NCBI GenBank assembly: GCA_031259085.1
Contig: JAIRMA010000037.1
Span: forward strand, 1,455 to 65,454
Direction: 5' to 3'
Source: Christensenellaceae bacterium
GTDB taxonomy: Bacteria > Bacillota > Clostridia > Christensenellales > DTU072
DNA: 64,000 nucleotides
In this document: positions 57,366 to 64,000 of the stretch, piece by piece
Layout: each line of letters starts with the position of its first letter
Position numbering within the stretch: the first letter of the stretch is position 1
Made by a program: the position numbers and the translations under genes
Notes under the pieces: generated by a model
Database searches by the model: none
What the model was told of the DNA's origin: nothing
Seen by the model: the letters and a program-made list of their open reading frames with translations, nothing else

Positions 57366-57569
57366 TCATTTATCGACAGTTATACAGCAGTCTGGACACA
57401 TAAAAGCGCAAAGACAGCACCCTATGCATTTTTCAGGAGCCACTACTACTGCCGTATAATAACCTGATTTATTTGATTCCGTACCTATTGCTAAAACTTT
57501 TTTAGGACATGCTCCGATGCATAATGAACATCCCTTACATCTATCCGATTCAATGATAGTGAATGCCAC
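57366..57569 (-). CDS. 2-oxoacid:ferredoxin oxidoreductase, delta (2x[4Fe-4S] ferredoxin) subunit
   Basis: 67 aa. CKGCSLCIGACP and CIGCCLCAFMCP. GGAGGAATGAGG upstream. Confidence 0.8.
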   Translation of the reverse strand: MAFTIIESDRCKGCSLCIGACPKKVLAIGTESNKSGYYTAVVVAPEKCIGCCLCAFMCPDCCITVDK

Positions 57570-58778
57570 CTCATTCCTCCTTGTGTGCTTAAATCATAAC
57601 ACTTTTAAAACGTTGTTTGAAATTAGTTAGATTGAAAGTGTTATATTTCAACTCATTTTCCTAGCTATATTTTAGCATAATAGTTAAGATATATCAAATA
57701 AATAGCATGATATATAAAGAATTTCTACGATTTGTTTTTTTGATTTTATTTTGGCTTATCACTCAATAAATCCTAATTTACTGATCCTTATTATGCATAA
57801 AAATAGATGCCCCTGCTTTATCATTATTTTAATGTTATTTGACTTATGACTCATTTCCTTAATAGGCTTAAAACTTCAAGTACATACTTAAAGCTACGTT
57901 CGTGTCCTATCATGCATCATTGTCTTATATCTTCTGTAGTCATTATTAAAATCAAATAAATTAAATCTTAAAAGATCCGCCTTTTTCTGTTTGAGACCTA
58001 AGCATTACTAGCTCATTATAACCACCAATTTTGACATCAGATTATCCAAATAGTGTCAACTCTTATTAATCCAGGTTTATAAAAATTCCAGGTCATATAA
58101 AAGCCTAATATTCATTCATATATGAACATGAACCATCTCTAAATGTTATCCGCTATCTACTAAAGCCCAATACGATAGACTGTAGCTTTAACTTTATTTT
58201 TATAGGAATAGTCAAAGCTGGTGATATGGCTATTAGTAAAATAAGTATATATTTACAGCTATAAAAATTCACATTATAATTATTAAATGAACTGCCAAAT
58301 ACAGGATTTGTTCTAGAAACTACGCATCTTGTGTTGTTGCTATTTAAAGAGTATAATACACCATACGTAGGTATGCTAGATACTTTATGCCGTTTTTTAG
58401 CCCAAAATCTTTGCAGATATTCGGATGTTTTTCTTATATTATTTTATATTATATTTATTCTTAAAAATTTCAAGGATTTGAGGGAGCGCGAAAATTATGA
58501 ATGAAATTTAATATATTTATTTAAATTTTTTTTGTCTTAAATGTGGATTTCACGCAGATTTGCAGCTAAAAGTCAGACTTAGAAAGTATTCAATAATTTG
58601 TAAAAGAATTAATAACCATGCACGAATCTTTGCTGAGAAATCAGGCATCTTAGATGAAATCAGGATTCAAAAAAATCCCGATGTTCAACTTTATTCTATA
58701 AAATTTTTTTACCAAGCTCGAGAAATAACTTGTCGTTTTTTTAATGTTCTATACCTTTGGATTTGTATGAAAATATAG

Positions 58779-59081
58779 TTGAGTATTAATGCATATAATA
58801 ATTTGATGAAACTCTATAACAAAGCAGTATCAAGAACAACTCTATCTCCAGATGCTTTTGTTGGAGGCTTTAAAATCTCATTGTATGATGGAACTTCTGC
58901 TTTAATTGAGGGCCGACTTTTGGTTTATGGTTTTACAAAAAATCAAATAACTATGCGGGTAGGAAATACTATTATAATTGTAGATGGCCAAAACCTGAGA
59001 ATTGAATTCATTGGAGCCTTTGAGCTGTATATTAAAGGGGAGATTAATGGCATCGAAAAAAAGAAAAAACTCAAGGATTGA
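58779..59081 (+). CDS. yqfC: YabP/YqfC-family sporulation protein
   Basis: 100 aa. The ...ISLYDGTSALIEG...ITMRVGNTIIIVDGQNLRIEFIGAFELYIKGEINGIE pattern is that of the YabP family. The track start is a TTG, so the true start is uncertain. Confidence 0.65.
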   Translation: MSINAYNNLMKLYNKAVSRTTLSPDAFVGGFKISLYDGTSALIEGRLLVYGFTKNQITMRVGNTIIIVDGQNLRIEFIGAFELYIKGEINGIEKKKKLKD

Positions 59082-60144
59082 ATATCTGATTAAAACCAAT
59101 TTATTATTTTCATTAAACAAACTGTCTAAGATTGCCAATTTGTACAACGTTAGAAAACTAGATAATCACTCAATGAAGTTTGGTGTTGACTTAAAATATA
59201 ACAGCACAATAAACAGTTTTCTAGATTCTATGGACATTGAATATGTATGCATAAACAAAAATACTAAGAAAAAATACTTTGTTTGTCTTCTTTTTATAAT
59301 CTTATCGCTGATTATTTGCATTTATATTTCATATCTATATTCGATTTGTGTAACTGATATTAAAATTATTGGCGCATCATCAGATCAACAATTATTAATA
59401 AATAATATCATTTCTGACGCAGGCATTAATCAATATGGTATTAACTTTTTCGTGGATTATGCAATGATACCTGATAAAATATATGAATTAGATAACATTT
59501 CCAATGTTGACATTTATAAATCTAAAACAACCTTAGTAATTGATATCCGCACGTCACTTGAGAAGATTGATTTAACCCCAAAACCAATTATTGCAAAATT
59601 TGATGGGACGATAACAAGTATAACTGTGTCAAGTGGCACTGCCTTAGTAAAAGTTGGACAATCTGTACTTAAAGGCGATGTTTTAATTGCACCATACAGA
59701 ATAAATAATGAAGGATTTGAAGCAGTACATGCAAGTGGGATAATCACTGGACAATTAGTAATACAAAAACACCTAGTCTTTACTAACAAACAAGTCAAAT
59801 ATGAGCTATCTGGCAAGCAATACTCAAAATCATTTTTGACTTTAAAGGAGTCTGTAATTAACTATACTGAAATACCTTTTGAATATTATAAAATGTCTAA
59901 ATATACTACCAACGCATTCCCCTTTTACATCACAACATATGAATATAGCGAATTAATAAAAACTGAGGAGGAGTTTGATTTTTTAATGGACAAAGATGAA
60001 ATATTATCTAGGGAATTGACAAAACTAATTGCGACCTCTAATTTTGCAGAATCTATAAATGCTACATTTGATTATGAAATAACCAATTCAGGTTGTTTTA
60101 CAATTTTAAGTATTTATTATTATGCAAGCGGTGATTTGTCATAA
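59047..60144 (+). CDS. yqfD: Stage IV sporulation protein YqfD-like
   Basis: About 365 aa from MASKKRKNS (GGGGAG upstream). One central TM helix (YFVCLLFIILSLIICIYISYLY). Position immediately after yqfC is the conserved pairing. Confidence 0.7.
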   Translation: MASKKRKNSRIEYLIKTNLLFSLNKLSKIANLYNVRKLDNHSMKFGVDLKYNSTINSFLDSMDIEYVCINKNTKKKYFVCLLFIILSLIICIYISYLYSICVTDIKIIGASSDQQLLINNIISDAGINQYGINFFVDYAMIPDKIYELDNISNVDIYKSKTTLVIDIRTSLEKIDLTPKPIIAKFDGTITSITVSSGTALVKVGQSVLKGDVLIAPYRINNEGFEAVHASGIITGQLVIQKHLVFTNKQVKYELSGKQYSKSFLTLKESVINYTEIPFEYYKMSKYTTNAFPFYITTYEYSELIKTEEEFDFLMDKDEILSRELTKLIATSNFAESINATFDYEITNSGCFTILSIYYYASGDLS

Positions 60145-60420
60145 TAATACTTTCTCTTTTTAGTCTATGTATCAAATGAGTATAAAGGGAATGGTGAATA
60201 ATGTCTCCAGAAGTATACACTAAGCCCTATTATTCTAGCTTTTCACAGCCTAAAAATAATGATTTTTTTTAGTTTTTATATAAACAGAAAAATTATCATT
60301 ATCTTTGACTTAAAAAGATTTGCAAGAAAGTAATTTTTATTCTTTTTTTGTGATAAAAATAGCCGAAAACTCGTTTGAAGTGCCATCGCTAACACTTCAG
60401 TAACCTACATTTGACATCTT

Positions 60421-60955
60421 TTAAGGTTTCTTATCGGATCCAAGCATATCGACAAATTTAGATTTGACCAGTTTGTCCAGGACGCAAGGATCTTCTTATA
60501 TGCTTGTTTTGCCTCGCCAACGCCCACAAACCCTCCAGAAGTCGGCGTTGCTGTCCATAGAGAGCAGGTCAAATTCATAGTTTCTAAAGTGTTCTCACTG
60601 GCGTTTTGCTAAAGCGAACCAGCGACTTAACTAACGGCGTAGTCAAAAAAGGTGTCCTTCTGAATAACGAAAGGTAAAAGGTCACCGAAAGACGTGACAA
60701 TAAAGCCTCAATGACCGTGATGTCGCCAGAGCAGATGCCGTCCACAGGCGCGACTGCCGCTTTTTTTAGATAAGCTCAGCACCGTTCAAACAGCACTTTA
60801 CCTTTGCGGAAGGTCTTAGTGAAGATATTTTAGCTATTCACGCTCCATTTCGTCTGGTTGACCTCGCTCGGCGTTATGTGTTCTAATATAACCACAGGAA
60901 TACCATTTTTGCCGCCACGCAAGGTTTCGTGGCTTCCACGAGCAACCTCTCTCAA
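60421..60955 (-). pseudogene. hsdS: Probable type I restriction-modification specificity subunit relic (multiple stops and frameshifts)
   Basis: The minus-strand reading gives ...FRKGKVLFERC*AYLKKAAVAPVDGICSGDITVIE..., which resembles the conserved GD-LF....G...K.A......G.CS.DI.V block of HsdS target-recognition domains. Further fragments (YEFDLLSMDSNADFW; VLDKLVKSKFVDMLG) lie in other frames. Recognition is by eye only. Confidence 0.4.
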
Positions 60956-62022
60956 TTAACCTTCACCGTCCATACCTTTGTTGCTGTTTTTAGCGTGTTC
61001 CTCAAGTTCAATGAAGCGGTCGAAGTCACTTTGGAACAGGCGGGCTTGAATGATGCGGTACTTCTCAAACTCGCTTTCGGCGTGTACTTGGGCTATTTTC
61101 GCCGTTATCTTGCCCGCGTCCTGCAGGACATCACGATCATCTGCGGAGAGGAAGATGTCCAGCCGCTCAGCGCAGTCCGCCATGGTCATTGGGATTTTCC
61201 TTTTAGCACGACTTTCTGCTAGTCAAGATAGGCGTTTACGATACGGGCCAAATTGTCGAGTTCGCTCTCCGAAAGATAATTTTTTGCTATACTTACATCG
61301 CCTTTTACGATTCGCCCGCTGGGGCTATTCGCCCAATTCGTCAATCCCATATGCTCCTTATCTGCATCAGCGTGTTTGTATATGAGTTCGGCGCTGGTAT
61401 GTCCGTGTACGGCATAGCGCATCTTATTCTGCACCTTGGCAAAGAACTCGCGGGTCAGCATAGACGACTTGTCATAATCCATCGCGGTTTCGTAGATGTC
61501 TGTGATTTTTTGATAAAACCTACGCTCAGACAGTCGTATCTCACGAATTTCCTCAAGCAAACGCTCGAAGTAATCATCGTCAAGAAACGCGCCGTTTTCC
61601 ATGCGCTTCCTATCCATTACATACCCGCGCAAGGTGTAGTCACGCAAAACCCCTGTCGCCCATTGACGAAAAGCTGTGGCTCGTTTCGAATTAACGCGAT
61701 AACTAATTGCGATAATCGCGTCAAGGTTATAGTGCGTTATCGTGCGGTTCACGTTGCGTCCACCCTCGTTTTGAACCACCGAGAAATCCTCGGTAGTTGC
61801 CGATTCGTTCAATTCTTCTTCAGAAAAGATATTTTTTAGATGCAGACCGATGTTGTCGGACGTTGTGTCAAACAACTGCCCCATGTGTTTTTTCGACAAC
61901 CATACGGTACCGTCCTGAACGCGCACGTCAACACCATCGCCACCTGTTTGATATACGAATGTTAGGAATTCTGCGGTGCTGTTGCGAATTCGCAGCTCAT
62001 TCGGCGTTTTCTTCTTGCTCAT
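60956..62022 (-). pseudogene. rhuM: RhuM-family protein gene split by a 1-nt deletion
   Basis: The 267-aa ORF (MSKKKTPNELRIRNSTAEFLTF...ARIVNAYLD*) and the 77-aa ORF (MTMADCAERLDIFLSADDRDVLQDAGKITAKIAQVHAESEFEKYRI...) are the N- and C-terminal parts of one RhuM-type protein. At 61219-61224 the sequence reads GAC TAG CA where GAC CTA GCA (D-L-A) would keep the frame. Confidence 0.75.
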
Positions 62023-62070
62023 TGTTACACCTCCAAAAGCGATTCTAAATCATCATACGCTGTTCTTGCA

Positions 62071-62211
62071 TCAAATAGCCGCTCGACTGTAGGGGATAGT
62101 TGCTTTATTAATCCAGCCACGGATGGTATCGGTGCTAACACTCAGGTGCTTTGCGATGTCCTCAAGGTTAACCCGCGGTTCTAGTATAGGTATGTTGTTA
62201 TCTTCATTCAT
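62071..62211 (-). CDS. Small excisionase/MerR-like helix-turn-helix protein (46 aa, possibly truncated; not in the ORF track)
   Basis: GGAGG 8 nt upstream of ATG 62211. MNEDNNIPILEPRVNLEDIAKHLSVSTDTIRGWINKATIPYSRAAI* has the LS..DIAK.L.VS..TI..WI...IP pattern of excisionase-type HTH domains but ends early. Confidence 0.45.
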   Translation of the reverse strand: MNEDNNIPILEPRVNLEDIAKHLSVSTDTIRGWINKATIPYSRAAI

Positions 62212-62277
62212 TTTGAATACCTCCCCTTCGAATTCTGGTTGTCATTATAACAAATTCGCTCTTGAGTTACAATTGTT

Positions 62278-62703
62278 TTATGTGATTTGTTGTGAGTTAA
62301 AGGTAAATGTTTTTTTCATCAATGCTTTGCTCATGTTGATTTTACGAATAAACCACTCTGCACAGTCGAGGACATTCTGTCCGTCACCCTTATCGATGCA
62401 AATTTTCAGCGAAATGTATTGTAATGCTTTTAAGCGAAGTGGGTTAAACGATAGCCACCGATAAGTGATTTTTGCACCAGTCGCCTTGCGCTCCACACTC
62501 GTGGAGATGCCGTAGAAAAACTGCTGATTCTGATTGGCACATTGCCTATCACCGTGAAGCGCATCCATGATGAGTGCATGGTAGGTTTTAACCGTCAATC
62601 TCATAATCGCTGAACAGTTCATGTAGAGAAGTAAAACGGTCTCTGAAGTGCAAGCGCTTTTCAAATATCTCAAAGCTACCAACTTCTGTAGCGAGGATCT
62701 CAT
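62278..62703 (-). CDS. Hypothetical ORF, likely part of a decayed gene
   Basis: 141-aa ORF with no RBS or family recognised. Upstream (62704-62876) other frames hold ORF fragments (MARVTNIQTSDNSKQIFAENL...; ...KKDEILATEVGSFEIFEKRLHF...), which suggests a fragmented larger gene. Confidence 0.25.
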   Translation of the reverse strand: MRSSLQKLVALRYLKSACTSETVLLLYMNCSAIMRLTVKTYHALIMDALHGDRQCANQNQQFFYGISTSVERKATGAKITYRWLSFNPLRLKALQYISLKICIDKGDGQNVLDCAEWFIRKINMSKALMKKTFTFNSQQIT

Positions 62704-63082
62704 CCTTTTTCACATTTCACAAATAGGCTACACCACATCGTGCTCAACTCAACTGATCGTTGATTGTCGCCTTGACCTGTCATGACGTTGGTTGGAGAAC
62801 TGGTTATATTTAGATTTTCGGCAAATATTTGCTTGCTGTTGTCGCTGGTTTGAATGTTCGTCACTCGCGCCATTAGAATAATTTAGGATTTATCCGATTA
62901 ATTAAGCAAAAATTCAAATTTGAATAGTTAAATCTCTTAAGCAAGCGTTTTTGAGGAAAATTAGCATTTTTCACCAGGTCCTTTAGATATTTTGCAGGCA
63001 TGACCAGGTTTCAACCGTCAGCGAAAAAACCAGCACCTAAACCTTCTAAGATAGGCAATTATTGAGGTAACGGCAAATGATA

Positions 63083-64000
63083 TTATTCTATACAAAAAAC
63101 AGCATAAAGAGGGACAGATTTAATTCCGTTTTCATAACCAAAATTTTTAGCGGAAATACGGATAGCGTAGTCAGGCTTATATTTTTTGATATAGCTGTTA
63201 AGGCTTCGCGCGCGTACGTTATCGGCGGATTTCACTTCAATGGGAATTGCACAATCGTCGAGGCGCAGCACAAAATCTATTTCAGCGGTACCGTTTGATT
63301 CCCAATAATTGAGTTTATGTCCTCTGGCAATCAGTTGTTCGGCAACATAGTTTTCTGCAAGTAATCCTCTTGCCTTGTCAGAGACATTGCTGCTTGAAAT
63401 AATATCCTTGGGGACTATTCCGGACTTAAAGGACAACAGTCCTACGTCAGAATAATAAATCTTGAATGATTCGATTTGCTCGTATATGGGAAGCGGCAAT
63501 TTACCTTCGGTGATTTTAATGTTTTCAAGCACAACGTTTGCCGCTTTAAGCCACTGTAAGCTCAGCTCATAATCTTTTGCGCGAGCATTACTTTTGATAA
63601 CAGCGTATTGGAATTTTGTATTTTCTTTTATGAGCTGTGAAGACAGGGTGTTGAATATATCTATACTTCTGACCGTTACGTTTGGGGTTGCATATTTAGC
63701 CAAATCGGAAATATACGAATCGGCGATATTTGCCTGTTCGGCCCGGATGGCATTAAAGTCGTTCTCTTTAATATAGCTATTGACAACAGACGGATAACCT
63801 CCGACCACAAGATACTTGCGGTATAATGCCAGAGCCTGTTCGTGGTAGAGGCGCGGCAACGGCTCAAAGCTATTGAAGGCACTTTTTATTTTTTTAAAGA
63901 GAAGCTCATTTCCGGTCACTAGAAGGAATTCTTCAAAGGATAAGGGATACATAGTCATCATATGTACTTTACCTACTGGGAAAGAGAAGTTGCCTCTGTT
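63083..64000 (-). CDS. AAA_14/DUF4143 ATPase-nuclease family protein, C-terminal two-thirds (N-terminus beyond the window)
   Basis: The frame stays open upstream of the track's Met to base 64000 (...NRGNFSFPVGKVHMMTMYPLSFEEFL). C-terminal GTAEIDFVLRLDDCAIPIEVKSADN is a D...E-x-K motif. Confidence 0.8.
   Translation of the reverse strand, partial: NRGNFSFPVGKVHMMTMYPLSFEEFLLVTGNELLFKKIKSAFNSFEPLPRLYHEQALALYRKYLVVGGYPSVVNSYIKENDFNAIRAEQANIADSYISDLAKYATPNVTVRSIDIFNTLSSQLIKENTKFQYAVIKSNARAKDYELSLQWLKAANVVLENIKITEGKLPLPIYEQIESFKIYYSDVGLLSFKSGIVPKDIISSSNVSDKARGLLAENYVAEQLIARGHKLNYWESNGTAEIDFVLRLDDCAIPIEVKSADNVRARSLNSYIKKYKPDYAIRISAKNFGYENGIKSVPLYAVFCIE

Larger units (their letters stand above)
60421..64000. 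other. Second G+C-richer foreign block holding decayed restriction-modification/mobile genes and a second ATPase-nuclease gene; it runs off the window
   Basis: Composition changes at about 60420. Contents are listed in the following features. Confidence 0.6.

Noticed and set aside
58560-58778. 72-aa + strand ORF just upstream of yqfC
   Set aside because: It has a TTG start, no RBS and a basic low-complexity sequence. It is likely non-coding leader.
1-64000. CRISPR arrays, rRNA genes, intact IS elements, prophage, retron/DGR-type reverse transcriptases
   Set aside because: I found no regularly spaced short direct repeats, no rRNA-like sequence, no transposase, integrase or RT motifs, and no phage structural genes. 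A lone broken HNH gene is not evidence of a prophage.

Overview
Low-G+C window coded almost entirely on the minus strand. It reads like chromosome from an anaerobic, spore-forming Firmicute (Clostridia-type); that placement is inferred from gene content only. The housekeeping backbone has five parts. (1) cysE-cysS. (2) A gap-free purM-purN-purH-purD-purL block, with purE 170 nt upstream, that runs without a break into a GH4 glycosidase, a PfkB kinase and an S51 peptidase. (3) engB. (4) A trimeric HydABC [FeFe]-hydrogenase. (5) A four-subunit 2-oxoacid:ferredoxin oxidoreductase followed by malQ and an Sfp-type PPTase, plus yqfC-yqfD sporulation genes. There are two tRNAs, Gly-CCC and Thr-CGU. 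Accessory or unusual content includes: a 2,327-aa secreted mosaic protein (lipase-like domain lacking its Ser nucleophile, BspA-type LRRs, about a dozen Listeria-Bacteroides repeats, 43%-Gly tail); a 2.3-kb coding desert with a three-copy repeat family around tRNA-Gly; orphan Na+-decarboxylase beta/gamma subunits fused to a P-type ATPase; a papain-like peptidase/ABC island bounded by ~0.8-kb non-coding regions; and a NifU-like + 'GGGtGRT' pair of unknown function beside the hydrogenase. Two visibly G+C-richer foreign blocks carry AAA_14/DUF4143 ATPase-nuclease genes and decayed mobile or defence genes (HNH, rhuM, hsdS). I found three features missing from the ORF track: an edge-truncated lipoprotein at 1-1301, a frameshifted 2x[4Fe-4S] ferredoxin at 49197-49368, and a 46-aa HTH at 62071-62211. 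I saw no rRNA, CRISPR array, intact IS/transposase, integrase or intact transcription factor. All calls rest on motif recognition by eye; no searches were run.
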